Part shown: positions 30,001 to 45,000 of the stretch, in pieces
How positions within the stretch are numbered: position 1 is the first letter of the stretch
Layout: each line of letters begins with the position of its first letter
Source of the DNA: Candidatus Omnitrophota bacterium
Lineage (GTDB): Bacteria > Omnitrophota > Gorgyraeia > Gygaellales > Profunditerraquicolaceae
Assembly: GCA_030650425.1 (NCBI GenBank)
Contig: JAUSED010000005.1
Location: 14,932 to 78,931 of the forward strand
Length of the DNA stretch: 64,000 nucleotides
Direction of reading: 5' to 3'
Made by a program: the position numbers and the translations under genes
The notes under the pieces: model-generated
Databases searched by the model: none
The model's input: the letters and a program-made list of their open reading frames with translations, nothing else
Told to the model about the DNA's origin: nothing

Positions 30001-33000
30001 AATAGCGAAAAAATCACCGGCAGATTAATATTACCTGATAATGAGATCATTGATCAGGGGAAAATGCTTAAGCTTTTCGGACAAGAGGCCATTCTGGCCT
30101 TAGCGAATTCCAAAGGCCATGGGGATGCTTTCATTATGATTGCTCAAAAACTTAAGGAAGTCGGTCTGCTTGCGCAGGTTGCCTATCTGCAGGTAGCTTT
30201 TGGAGAGATTTCGCCAGCAGTCTTGAATAAATATTATAACGCTTCATTTATTACCTATATGGAGGCGGTTGCCCATAATCATCTGGTTGTCAGTGGAGGC
30301 AAGATATCCAAGGGACAACTTAAAGCAAAGGGTCACTTTTTCTTCAACAATGGGCGCCTTATCTCTTATACAGATTGGGAACAGATTCCCCATAAGGCTA
30401 AGATGGCAGGTTATCAATATGATAAGATAGCCGAATTAGCCCCAGAGCAGGAATTATTGGAAAATAACTTGAGGGACCTTATCAAGGCGCATCAGGCAGG
30501 CGAAATTAACGACGCTGGTTTTAACGGTAGAATCACAGTTTTAAGGAATGAGCATCCCTATTATTTGATTTCTGATCAAGGCGTACTTTTTAGCCAAGAA
30601 ACGCTTGAGACAGCGGCAGAATATGTCAAAACAAGCTGGGCTAAAGGGTATAGCGATCTTACCGAAGGATTACGTAAAATAATCGATGATTACTTACTGC
30701 AAGTAAAAGATGCCAGCGGAGAAGAAATTACCGCGTTTTTAAATAAACATTTCGCCATTGAGATTGTTGATATGAAGAATAATAAAGCCGACATATTGAT
30801 TTCATCCAATACCGGAATCTTTAAATCGGAAGAGCTGATCCATTATCATGAAACAATAGCTCAACTCTATGACCAATTTAAAACGGCAGGTGAAAGTAAT
30901 CTGTTCTGGGGAATAGAACCGAAAGATAATTCAGAAAAAACCCTGACTTGGAATATTATCAGGATGATCGCGCAAAAGCCAGACAAGCAATCCCAAAGCG
31001 GCTTTCGTTTTGTAGGTGATGCGCCAGCATCTATCAAAGATGGTTCGCGTCAGCTTGGTTTTGTGAAAGAGTATCTTGAAGAATTCGGGATGCCTCAATT
31101 ATCGACAGTTATTGGATCTGAAGCGGAAACTATCGGTGCATCTTTAGAGCATCAGCAAATTGATCAGGCCTATAATCAATTCAAGTCTTCTATCGCGGAA
31201 AAAGATTTTGCCTTCCTACGCACACTTTTAGAGCAATTATTTATTTTCTGTTCACAAAAAGCTTCTCAGGGGAACCTCTTGGAGCTTATAGAAAGATTAG
31301 AAGCCAATCCGGATGAAATCGCTTCTTTAACCATTCTTAGCCAGCATTCTGCGCGGGCTCCTCCAGTAAACTTAATTAAAGGATTACTTATCCATACTCA
31401 ATATGAAGCCATTGATAAGGGTTATCTCTTTGAGGGGTTGGATAAGAGCCTTTGGATAGAAGAGAAATCTCCCCATCTTGCCGCATTATACAAACGTATT
31501 AAAGTAATCGCTGAGAAAGACAGCGATTACCTAATTGTCAGAATCAATGATATCGCCAGCCTGCTTAATGGAAATAATAACAATTCAGACATACAATCAT
31601 CCTCTGCCGTTATCAACCCGAGTTCGTACCTGCTAAATATCTTTTCTGAAAATCTAGCTCTATTAAATGCCTATATTGATAAAGCAGCCGTTGCCAGAGG
31701 GCTCAGCAAAGAAGAAATCATTAAAGGGATGTTTTATCCGGAAGATAGAGAGAGCGTACGGGGTAAGATAAAAGAAGAACTTTCTAATGGCCGGACCGGG
31801 CAGGAGAAGGAGAAAAGAGAGCGTTATCTTTGTTTTGGTGGTGGCAGCGGTACGTTGGCAATTTTGAAACCGCTAAATAAGCTTCTAACTTCTTTAAGTT
31901 CGGATAAGGCAGCTAAAAATGCTAAGAGATTTGTGCATGTGTTGCAGAGTTCTATTGATGACGGAGGCTCGACCTTTAAAATGATCACGGGATTGATCAA
32001 AAAAGGCTATGGCTGGATGCCTTCTGTAGGCGACCTAGTGAATAGCTTGTTTAAAGGCTTTGGGTCAACGGCAAAGTTATATAAGGTATTGGATGACCAA
32101 GGCCGCGTGAAATTAGCAAGTGAAGTTGACCTAGAGAAAGGCAAAATTCCGGCTATCGATAAGACCGGCAGGCCATTTGAAAAGGGAAAGATTGTATTTT
32201 TTGGGGAAGGATACGATACTGGCGATAAAAATGATGTGGTATACGTGGATACCTTTAGAGATTTAATGATTAGATTATTAAAACGTAATGTTACCTATAC
32301 TTTGGTTACGGAGGGCGGTATAGGTTATATGGAGCCCAAGATAAAGGCTTTAGACGAAGATTACGTGTATTTTATCAGCAGTATGATGAATCTCGTAGAT
32401 ATTATCGAAAGGTATATCAAAGATAAGGTTATTCCGTTGGATGGCGCCAGCATCAGAAATTTATTGTTGTTGGGGGCGATAGACTACCTCGGCTTAATTG
32501 ATATCCAACATCCGAAGTATAATGTTGGGGAACTTGAGTTCTTAGCGGCCGAAGAGAGAGAGTTTAAGCTTTTCCACGAAGGCTTAAAGGCCCTGGCTAA
32601 GATGGCGAAACTGGATGAAGTCGTTAAGGTGTCGCTTTCGCATAAGCATCCGACAACCGTGTATGCTGTGTTTGATGAGACTGTGATTTTGATTGAGGAC
32701 ACAAGTATAAATTCAGAAGAAAATAAGTACGTGGTTACAATAAAGGTAGATAAAAATCCCTTTCTCGAAGCGGAGGTTAGAGTCCACGGTGGTAAATACG
32801 GTCCTATAAAATACCCGCCGGTACGCCTCGGCTGGAAAGAGCTTATCGGAGTAGGGGGAGGAATCGAGATCTGTGTTCGGATCAATCAAGCCGGAGAGGC
32901 GTTAGTTAGTATTGGTAGGAAGGAAGATAAAGAACTTAGCAGGGAGATTAAAATCGTGGAACAAGAGTTTCTTGAAGAAAGCTATATTGAGTATATGGGG

Positions 33001-36000
33001 AAGAATTATCGAATGGTAACTGATGGGACCGGATTACTGCGTGAAGAAGTAAAAGATGCAAAGGGAGTATATGAATATAGGCCGCTTTCCATAGGGGCAT
33101 TGAATATTTTCATTCGTAATCGATTGGTCGCTATGCAGACGCATGTGACAGAGACCCCGAACTACTCTAAGGTTATAGATTTTGGGGTTGCAGAAAAAGT
33201 ATCGGAAGAATGGGTGAAAGTGGAAGAAAAACAAGAACCCCAGTTAAGGAATATATACAGGAAAAATCCAAAGCTGCGTTTGGTTTGCAATAAAGATGTT
33301 ATTCGGGATATCTTATCCAGTAAAACAAGGGGTATTACCTTTGGCCCCGGCTCGTTCTTTACCAGCACCATGCCTCACTTTTTGGTTAAGGGATTGGCTA
33401 AAGCCTTGGTCCAGCGTAGGAAGAGGGGTGATATTCCCATTATCTTTATTTTTAATCCTAGCGTAGATAATGAAACAGCAGGCTACAGCATAAAAGACTT
33501 GATGATTTTTGTTAAGACAAAAACCGGGTATAAATTTGACCAGATGTTTACCGGCATCAGCGTAACAAAGTTCGATACCGTAAAATTGGAAGAAAGTTTT
33601 GATGTTGACATAAAGAACCGGCCCTTAGGCGCCGATTGGTATGTTGAACGCGTACTGGAGAATTCGCATTTGATTGATGAGTTGGGGTTAGAATACATAA
33701 AGATGCTGATCGGAAAATATAGGGAGATGGAAAGGAAAGGAGAAGTAATCCAAGATGATGACAGGACAGAGATCATTGGTAAAGAGGCCGGCCGAAAGGC
33801 GAACCTGAAGGAGTATCTAGAGTATAAAATAGATCAGCTATTAAAAGCTCTTTATGAAAAACCCGTAGCAGAGATCCGCACAGACCCCGGTCAGGATTCC
33901 AAAGAAGCAAAGAAATCCCGCGGCCCCTTGTACTTAACTAAGGAAGATCAGTACCAGATTATGGAGGAATATAGGCAATTAAGGATCCACAAAGATGAGT
34001 TTATAGCAGGTGTTGAGTTTAGGCCGCCTCGAGGGACAGGAGATAGTTTAGGTTTAGGCATAGGGTTCTGGTCGGATTCTACGTTATACGGATTAGGGGA
34101 TGTGTTAGGGATTACAGGGTACGCCCAAAAATTAACCGAGGCCTATAAAACTATGGTTAAAGAAGAGGTGCCTGTGGAGCGCAGGGATGGACAGGATGAT
34201 TTCGCTTATATCTTTGACCAACTAAAACGGGCTATACTAATTAAATTAGACTCGGAAACACGAAAGTATTTTAACCAGTTATCGCTAAATGGCTTTAAAA
34301 GGGCGGTCAAAGGGGTCCTGATACGTGAAAATCTGGAAAAAAATAAGAAAGTTGGTTTTGGGATCGCCTTAAGGGCGAAGTTAGAATTTAATAATGAATT
34401 TATCTCTAGCCTAAAAGAGATTAAAGCGCAAATTTCTAAGATTATCCAGGGACGCGTGGAGTTTGATGATGAGTTACGGCTTAGCCTATTGGCTGTGGTA
34501 CGCACTAAGAATTACGAGGCAGGAAAAACAGAATCAGTTTATGCGGCGTATGAAGCAGTTAAAAGAGTTTTAGGAGAAATTGACAATTTCTTTGCGGAGA
34601 ATGTCTCGATTTATAACGGTAAGCTGATTAAGAGCGTAGAAGAAGGGATCAGAGAGATTGTGAAGGTTCATCAGCCTTTTGCCCTGAGGGTAACGGGTTT
34701 GAATTGTAGCGGTGGAAGTGGCCAAATCTATTTAGAGCTTGAGCCTATAAACCAATACGCGACAGAAGGAATATTGAAATTATTGAAGGTGCAGAAAGAC
34801 CTCGAACGCCTGCCTACAGAGTTAAGGATAAAAAGGTTGAATTTTACTTTGGGCCGCTTGACGCAGGCCTTAGATGATGAAGGACTTAAGGATTTGGATA
34901 GATTAAACAAAGACCTGGATTTTACCCATTTCATGCCGTTGAATGTACGTCAATTGGAGGCTTTGATTTATTGTGACCGACTCCACCGTGTTGTGGCAAA
35001 CAAGATTGATTTGACACTAGGCATAGAAAACGAGGTATTCAGTTTTACCGAGATGCTAGAGATTATCCGCACGCGGTATCCAAAGGCATTTGTAGCGTCA
35101 TCTTCTCCGGTTAATTCCAATAATATATTCAACGCCAATGGTTCGGTAGTTAAACCAATGCACATAGTCATGGTAAGCGCTGAGGCATATCCTTGTTCTT
35201 ATGCAGGATTCTTAGGGCAGAATTTAAATAGGCTAGCGAGGTCTTTTGGAGAAAGAGGTATCGAGGTAACGGTTATTATGCCTCTATACAAAATAACCAA
35301 AGATCAATATAGCGCCCAGTATAAATTTTATGGCCAGATTGATGTACCAATCGGTTATCAAACAGAGAAAGCAAAGATAGATATTCTTTCCGATGAGACA
35401 GCGGTATCCTATTATTTTATTGATAATGATAAGTATTTCGGAAGCGATATGTCTTATGGTGAATCTGGCAGATCTGATGATGCCAGTTATCAGAATCAAG
35501 CAGATCGGTTTGTCTATCTACAACGGGCCGCCTTGGAATTAATAAAATCCGGCATAGTGGCGCGTCCCGACGTCATTCATGTCCATGATTGGCCTATTTC
35601 CTTAATTCCTCTGCTGCTTAGCCCAAATACATCCGTATATAGTGATGACATAGCTTTAAAGAATATACCGGTTGTTTTAAGCATTACTAATTTCACCTAT
35701 AACGGAATATTTGATAACCCGTATCATGTCGCATATTTAACGGGTCTACACCGGCCTGCGCAGGCAGTTTATCCAGCGGCCTTGGAATTCTACGGCCAAG
35801 CAAATTGGTTAAAAGCAGGGATAATGTCCGCTAGAAAGATTGTTACTGTCGGGTCTACCTTTAGAAACGCGACATTAACCGCGGAATCGGGATTTGGATT
35901 AGAGAATATCTTAAAACTTAGAGAAAATGATTATTTAGGTATATTGCCTGGAGTTGATTATGAGGCCTTTGACCCGGTAGAGGACGTATGTATTGAAGAA

Positions 36001-39000
36001 CGATACACTGTAGAGACTATTGACCTTAAGAGTAAAAATAAGGAAGCCTTATTAAAAAGCTTTAATCTCCCTCTGGAGGATATAGGTCAACCGATATTAA
36101 CGATAATTTCGAAGCTGGATAAAATGAATGGTATGGATTTATTAGAACAAACAATGGAAGATGTGCTGAAATTGGATACTAAAATTATTATTATGGGAAC
36201 CGGGGAAGAAAGGTTTGAAGATTTTTTTAGGAGGATGAAAGAAAAATATCCAAAACGCGTCGGATTATATATCGGTTTTGATTCAAACTTAATGCATCTG
36301 ATGATTGCTGGCAGCGATATATATATAATGCCTCATTCTGCTGTGCCTGGTTCATTTGTCCCCCTGTATAGTTTAAGGTACGGCACAGTTCCTGTAGTAA
36401 ATGCCATTGGTATGTTGAATGATGCGATAATAGATTCAGGACTGCCGGGAGAGCAAACCGGTTTTAAATTTCATGGTTATTTGCCCAATAATTTACTCTA
36501 TAAAATAACCGAAGCAATCGAAATCTATAGAAGGGATCCGCAGAGGTGGGAGCAGATTATGAAACAAGGGATGCAGCAGGATTTTTCTTGGAATATAACA
36601 GCTCAAAAATTTGTAGAGCTGTACAAAGAAATACAAAATCTTAGCTGGCTGGAAGAGAGCATTATACCGCCATTTAAGATGGAGAGAGCCGAAGGGATAG
36701 GTAAGAATAATATATTTGATATTGCTTTACCACGGAGTAAAAAAGACAATTTAATTAGCGGATTCGAACAAGCTAAGCGCATAATCTCATTACGTTACGC
36801 GCAGGATATAATTAACCCCGATGATTTGTGGATAGAAATTCTCAATATGCAAGATTTATCAAGGCACCGGAAAGACCGGGATAAAAATATAATTTTACTG
36901 GATATGGAGGTATTAAATAACCCCGATTTGGTTGCCGCGCTGATGATTAAGGAAGCAGAAATAATCGTTAATAATGGGGTAAGTGGGGAAGAACAGGCAT
37001 TAAATTATATAAGAGTTTGGGTGGATCTTTTCCAGCATTTTCATGCTCTTAATCCTGATAAACAGGCAGGTTTCCTAGCTTCCCTCTTGTTTGATAAAAG
37101 GCATGATAATAAGTGGCTTATTTCATCATTAGTGAAAACTTATAATCAAGAGTTTATATTTAAAGAGATGTTAGATGTATTAAAGCATAATCCGCAATAT
37201 GAAGTGGTGGCAGACTCGGCTGATATTTTCGAAAAAGCATATGAAGAATCCGCAGAGAGAAATATCCTTACTTATATATTAGAATACGCATATTCTAATA
37301 ACCAGTTTAGTTCGTATTACTTGAATAAAAAAGATTTTGAAATCAAATTTAGTTTAATAGTTCATATGTCGGGGGTAATGGCGAAATGGAACTATGCCCC
37401 CGTTGTCTTTTGGGATGTCCTATACCAGGAATTAGTTAAAATTGGTTTTGCTAAAGAAGTTACCCTATATTATGATCGAAAAGAAGAGGGAAAAAGTGGA
37501 ATAAAGATCTTTATTCCCGATTTTGAGAAAGTACCGTATTATCAAAGAGAAGAGCAACAATTGATAGCCGCCAGATACATCGCGGCTTATATTAATAACG
37601 GAGCAAATTCGATAGGGGCTTGCCGAGTCCTAATAGAAGGTGTAGACGAGGTTTTCTTTTTAATTATATCCCAAGTATTTAAAAATGGATATGACAATCC
37701 TTTAAATAAAAACGCTGAAACCACCAGCCAATACTTAACTAATTACTACGGGGGAAACTTTATTATAGAATTAGTCAAAGGAAAAATACAGGCATTAGAA
37801 GAGATGCCAAGATTAACTATTGAGCGAGAGGGAATGTTTAATCCGTTCAGAAATGTGCTGGTGGGTTTAGATATGGGCGGCTCTTATATAAAGCTGGTAA
37901 TCATAATCAATGGCAAGATAGTGTCTCTTGAGCAAGATTCAATAGAGACGGGGCAATTTAAAAGACTGGAAGACGGCAGCCAGATTGTGCCTGAAGACTA
38001 TACAGGTGAAAATTTATTACAAAAAATTGATCATTTTGTGCGCTCATCTTTAAAAAAAGCTAGGATTAAACTAGAGGAGGTAGCCGCAATAGGCGCAGCT
38101 TGGGCGGGCGCGATACGTAACAATAGAATTGCAGGCTCTTCCACTATGCTTTTTAATCTGAGAGACTATTTTAGCAATCCAGAAGTGCAGATTAAAATGA
38201 AGAATTTGTCTGATACATTATCCAAAATATTTGATAACAAGCCTGTTTATCTTATAAACGATGGAGACGCAGATGCTTTTAAGATGAGCCTAGAAGAAAA
38301 TCTCGCTGATGTGCTTGTGTTAAAATTAGGAACCGGTTTAGCGGGCTCCTATATCGATAAGAGTGGTTCGATAGCCATAGGCCTCCATGAATTCGGGAGG
38401 ATACAATTGAATTTATCCCCTAATGCAACACGGCATCCATTTACGGGAGTGAAGGGATTAGGAAGATTATATGTTTCCAGCCAAACAGCAGTTGAATATG
38501 GCAAGAAAGCGGGATTAATAGATAAAGTAAAAGAATTGGGGAATATGTCATTTGAATCTAAAACGGTCAGTATGTTGATTGCGGCAGGATGGGATGCCCA
38601 GTATGTTTTTGAAGACGTATCCCGCAATATCGTTGATGCCATAATACATTTACATGAATTTTACAATAACAGGAACGTTTTACTATCAGGCGGGGTGTTA
38701 AAAGGGGCTACTGGATCATTTGTCCATGAAAAAGTACAAAAATTATTATATACCAAATACAGTGGTTACAAAATCAAAACCTACCTAGCAGCTGAAACGC
38801 AGATTGGTGGAGCAATAGGAGCAGCGCAATGGGCTAATTTTAATTACCAATTAAAAGAAAAGCCTACGATTAATGAGTCAGCTTCTTCTGTAGTTAACGC
38901 TCCTGGCCCGGATCTGTTAAATATTTTTTCCAATAATACCGAGTTTTTAAAAAGCTATACTAAAAAGGCGGCTAAATCCAGGAATATTATGGAAGAGAAT

Positions 39001-42000
39001 GTCGTTAGAGGAATGTTTCATCCTGATGACCGGAATGTGGTAAGGAAAGAGGTAGGGGAGCAGATTGTTTTAATGCATGCTCCTCCGAAAAATAAAAAGC
39101 GTATTATGTGTTTTGGCGGCGGAAGCGGCATGTTGGCAATTCTGGCGCCATTAAAGAATCTGCTATTGTTGTTGAAGGATAAAGAGACTTATGTGCATGT
39201 GCTGCAGACATCCATTGATGATGGCGGTGCGACATTCAAATTAGTGATGGCATTAATTAATAAAGGGTATGGTTGGATGCCGTCTCCGGGAGACTTGGTA
39301 AATTCGCTTTTCAAAGGATTTGCCAATATATCCAAGTCGTATAAGATTTTAGATGATCAGGGCAGGTTAAAGCTGGCTGCGCAGAAGGACTTAGATGACA
39401 GGAAAATACCAAGTGTTGATAGCAAGGGGACTAAATTCGAGGTAGGTAAGATTATATTCTTTGGCGAAGGATATGATCAGGATAGCAATATAGGAGACGT
39501 CGAGTATCTGGATAGTTTTAAGGATTTGATGGTCGCGTTATTGAAACGGAATGTAGAATACACTCTGCAAGCCGTTAACGCAGGGATAGGCTACATTCAA
39601 CCGAAAACGAAAGAATTAGATACGGATTTTGTGTATTTCGCTACCAGTATGCTGAATCTAGCGGATATTCTCCAAGAGTATTTTAATCGAGGAATCATTC
39701 CGTTAGAAGGGGCAAGTATCCGTAATTTATTGTTATTAGGTGCGATAGATTATCTGGGATTGATCGATATAAATAATCCTAAGTATAAAGAAAACGAGCG
39801 TAGTTTCATGGCAGATACAGAAGAAGAATATAAGTTATTCCATAAAGGGTTAGAAAAGTTAGCTGAGATGGCAGGGATCGGTGGTATTGCTAAGGTTTCA
39901 TTATCACATAGATACCCAGTAACCGTGTATGCCGAATATGAAGAGAATGTAATTCTGATTGACGATAAAAGCGTGAAAGAAGAAGAAAACAAATATGTAG
40001 TTACAGTAAAAGTAGACCAGAAAAATGGTAGGGTTACAGTTAGAATTTATAGAGAAGATAACCTTATCGAGGTATACCCGGTGAGTGTAGATTTGACAGA
40101 GGAGATTGATATAAGTGAAACGATTGAAATGAATGTTAAAGTAAATAAAGCGGGGGAGGTATTTATTGGGATAGTTAAACAAGGGGAAGGGAGCCAGCGT
40201 CAGTGGTTTAAGCTTGTAGAAAAAGAACAGCTTGAAGAGAGCTATGTTGAGTATAAAGGGAAGACGCATCGCTTGGCAATTGACGGGACTGGTTTGGTGA
40301 GGCATGAAGCAGGTAAGGATGTGTATGAGTATCGGCCGCTTTCCTTGGAAAGATTAAATGTGTATGTGAGGAATAGATTGGTTGTTATGCAGACGCATAT
40401 TACAGAGACAGCCAACTACTCAAAGATTATCGATTTTGGAGTAGCAGAGAAGATAGGTGAAGAAGCGGTAGTAGAGGGGGGTAAGAAATTTAGCAGGTAT
40501 ATTTACACTAAAAATCCAGACTTACGTTTAGAGGAGAATGAAGATATCGTTAATGAGATTCTCTCTCCAGAGACAAAAGGGATTACTTTTGGTCCGGGGT
40601 CATTCTTCACGAGCTTGATGAGTTACTTTTTGGCAAAGGGATTGGCGAAGGCTTTAGTTGAACGCAGGAAAAGAGGCGATATCCCGATTGTTTTCATTTT
40701 TAATCCTACGGTTGATAATGAAACAGTAGGGTATGAGATTGAGGATTTAACCTCTTTTATTGAAAAGAAGACTAATTATAAATTTAATAAAATGTTTACG
40801 GCCATCAGCGTAACAAAGTTTGATACCGTGAAGTTGGAGGAAGAGCGTTTATTAAAAGATAGTGGGAAACGGCTTCCAGCAAAATGGTATGTTCAGCAGG
40901 CGTTGAAGAAAGATTCGCAATTAATCGAAACATTAGGTTTAGAATACATAAAGATATTGATAAACAAATACAGATTTATGAAGAATCGTGGCCAGAAGAT
41001 TGTTGATGATGATGGAACGGAGATCGGCGGGGGCGAGGCAGGCAGGGATGAATATTTAGAATATAAGATCGCTCAGTTGTTAAAGGCGCTGTACGAGGTC
41101 CCTAAGGCAGAGATTCGTACAGATCCAGGCAAGGCGTCTAAAGAGGCAAAGAAATCCCGCGGGCCATTGTATTTAACTCGAGAGGGTCAAGGAAGTATTA
41201 TGGATAAGTATAAAGATTTGATGATATATAAAGATCAATTTGTAACAGGTATTGAGTTCAGGCCGCCTCGCGGAGCAGGAGATAGATTAGGTTTTGGTAT
41301 AGGTTTTTGGGGAGATTATACGCTGTATGCGTTTGGCGATATGCTAGGGATTACGCATTATGGACAGTTTATGGCGGAGATTTATAAGGATAAGGTAGGT
41401 AGTATTCCTTTGGAACGAAGAAGGGGGTGGAGAGGGGACTTTGAGCGCATATTTGATCAGATAAAGTGGGGGATGTTTGAATTAGCGCCAGAGGCCAGAA
41501 GGTATTTTAATCAGATGTCTTTACATGGATTCAAGAGGGCAGTCCGGGGGATCCTGATGTGTGAAAATCTCGCGAAGAACAGCAAGCCCGGGTTTGGAAT
41601 TACCCTTAGGGCGCAATTAAAATTCGCTGAGAAAAAACCCGAAGAAGACGCAGTTGTAGCTATGATAGAAAAGATTAGAGCGGAGATAAGTAACATTACG
41701 CATGGCCGCGTAGAGTTTGATAATGTGCTGCGGCTTAGTTTATTAGCTGTGGTGCGGACTAAGAACTATAAGAAAGGAGATGGAAAGTCGATTCGCAAGG
41801 CATATAGAGAGACGAAGCGTGTTTTAGAGGAGGTCAAGAAGCGCTTTGAGGACAATCTGCTGATTTATAATGGTAAGGTGATAGAGAAAGCCGAGGATGG
41901 AATCATAGAGATTATGAAAGAAAACCGGTCATTTAGTTTAAAGATTAGCGGGGTTAGTTATGAAGAGGCTTCTGGCGAGGTGTCTTTGGAATTAGAACCT

Positions 42001-45000
42001 ATTAATGAATATGAGGGGGATGAATCGTTAAAGTTGTTGAAAGTGCAGGGAGATTTAGAGAGGTTACCTACGGAGCAGAGGATCAATAGGCTGCGTATTC
42101 CTCTGGGATGGATGACGCATGCCTTGGACGATGAGCAGGTAGATGAATTAGAAAAAATAAATGGGAATAATAATTTAGAATTTTCTCAGTTAACCCCTAT
42201 AAAGGTAGATAAGCTAGAGGTTTTATTGTATGGTGACCGAAGACATCATAATATTATAGAAATTATTGAATTACAATTAGGTCAAGAAAACCCGCCTTTT
42301 AGTTTTGAGGAGATGTTAAAGAAGGCGCGGAAAAAATACCCGGAGGCATTTGAAACGACATCAACTTCGTCTTCTCCGCTTGAGATAGATGATGGATTCC
42401 GGGTATTGCCGGAAATTAAAGGAAGGACAAAATTAATCCGTACTAGTTATAAACGAACAAGAAACGGCTTTTACAAAGCCGCAAGTATTACTATTCCAGA
42501 TTATGATGTAAATGATCCCGTGAGTATTGAATCCACTGCCACTAGGCTTGCTATCGAGCTTAACAATAGGCTGGCAATCTTTGGCGGGGATAAGATTAGA
42601 TTAGCCGTAGACAAGAACCTTTTTAAGAGGGTTAATGAAATATTCTTTGGATTTGGAGCTCCCTGCTATTTCCAGAATAATGGATTTCTGGGTATGGTAA
42701 CATACTTGAAAACTGTTTATGAAAGCAAAGAATTTGTTATGGAACGCCTTGAAGAGGGGGCATTGGAGGATGAGTCCTTCAGTGAAGTGGAGGTTATCAA
42801 TTCTATTGATACAAGGGGCCTTTGGTTTGGGCTTGATATTGGCGGTTCTGATCTAAAGACTGTTGTAGTCTATGATGGCAATCGGATTCATCATAAGATA
42901 ACTAAATGGTCGCCTAAGACGATGATCGATCCGCATGCCGAAGATGGGCATATTCCTGTGATTAAAAATATTCTTGAAGGCGTGGTGAAGGAAGCTAAAG
43001 ATAAAGGGTGTGATACCTCTAAAGCCATGGGTATAGGTGTCAGCGTTAACTTGGCTGTAGTGAATAACAAAATAACCGGGGTTGGGCATTTAACCGCGGG
43101 ATTAAAGAACGCTGAACAGATTGACGTTGTTAGGGGTTTGGGTAAAATTTTAGAGCAAGAGTTTGGTTTGTCTGTTTATGTTATAAATGATGGCGACGCC
43201 GCTGCAATCCAGACAACCGTCGACATGGGGTTGCAATATGCTCTTAGTATCGCAGGCGGCACAGGATTAGCTATGGGTTATGGTTCAACACAGTTTTTGA
43301 CCGAGGGCGGTAAAATTATGATTGATGTATCCGAGACAGCGGCGGAACACGGTACAACAGGTATTAAAGGAAGCGCTCAACAATATATCTCTCAACGTGC
43401 TGTATTCAGGCTCGCAGCAAAGGCAGGTATTGGTTTAAGTAGCCTTGAGAGGGATGCCGATAAGCTAACTTATATGCAGAAATTATATGAAGAGAACGAT
43501 GAAAAAGCTGTTTTAGTTTTTAATGAGATGCCGAAATACCTCGCGGAGTTTATTAAAATTGTTTCAGAGATCATACGAGTTGACAATGTTGTACTCTTTG
43601 GGCGTATCAGTAAAGGTGCGGCTGGCCGTGACTACATAGATAAGGCTCAGGATATCCTTAACCAACGCGGTAGTAATATAAAGATTCTTTTCCCGAAAGC
43701 TCCTTATGGCGTTGACCAAGAGATTTACCTTGAGGTGGGGCAGGCCGTGGGAGCAACATATTATGCCAGCTATATGTTTCATAAGAATCTCAAAAGATTG
43801 AATGATTCTATAAATGTCAGCAGTCCTTTAGAAAGGATGACTATCGAAAAAGGTATTTTTAAAACCAATGATATCCGGGCTGCTCATGCCGAAAGTAGTT
43901 TAACAAAAGAGGTCACGCGGAGGATAGTCAGGGGTTTTGCGACTTTTAGTGCCGAAACCTTAAAGAAGAAAAATTTAGTATTGACAGTAGGCAGAGATGT
44001 GCGTTTGACATCAGATAAAATTCACAAGGATAGTGTAGAGGCTTTGAAAGCAAGCGGAGCCCGAGTAATTGACTTAGGGATAGTGACAACAGGGATGCTT
44101 TATTATTCTATACCCCTCTACAAGGCTGATGGCGGCATTATGATTACAGCAAGCCATAATCCTTATCATTACAACGGATTCAAGATGGTTTTGGGGTTAC
44201 GTAATACAGTTAGAGAAGAACTGGTTAGAATTCATGAGATCGCCGAAAGCGGCCGGTTTATTTCAGGAAGAGGCTGGAAGGAAAACAGGAATATCCTTAA
44301 CGAATACAGGAAATTATTAGAGAACGCATCCGGTGATTTAAATGGTTTAAAAATAGCGATTGATGTTTTAAATGGGGCAGCGGCTATCTTACCTCTTACG
44401 GAGATATTTGAATCTTTAGGCGCTAGGGTCATAATTATCAATGGCGAAGCGGATGGTAACTTTCCTAACTGCGTGGACCAGTCTCCCGATCCATCCCTAT
44501 TTGTCAATCGCCAGAATCTTGTAAACATTGTTAGGGAGAAGGGGTGTGATGTGGGCATTGCTTTCGATGGAGATGCTGATCGCTTGGTGTGCGTAGATAA
44601 TACTGGAGAATATATTTCAGGCGATATTGTTTTGGCAGTGTTAAGCCGGGATGGGCTGATTAAGAATCCGGGGGGAGTTGTGGTTTTTGATGCAAAGTGC
44701 AGCTTAGCGCTTACTAAAGTAGTGGAGGGGATAGGTGGCCAGGCTATTCGCTGGAAAACGGGTTTTTCTAACATTAAAGAGAAAATGGAAGAAACAAATG
44801 CTGTTTTAGGCGGAGAACAGTCAGGACATTTTTTCTTTAAGGATCATTATAATATTGATGATGGAGTTTACACAGCCGTTAGATTTTTAAGACTTATCGC
44901 TAAAGCAAAACAGCAGAATAAGAGGGCTCACGATTTTGTTTATGAAATACCGCATTTTCCTTCTACTCCGGAACTTAGATTTGAGGTTACCGGCGATTCT

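Noticed and set aside
44232-44774. Long minus-strand ORFs antisense to the giant gene (44232-44774, 50400-50858, 32484-32885, 39904-40305, 62094 excluded)
   Set aside because: Their translations are low-complexity with no motifs. These are chance antisense ORFs. The pairs 29433/50400 and 32484/39750 resemble each other only because they lie on the R2 and P1/P2 duplications.
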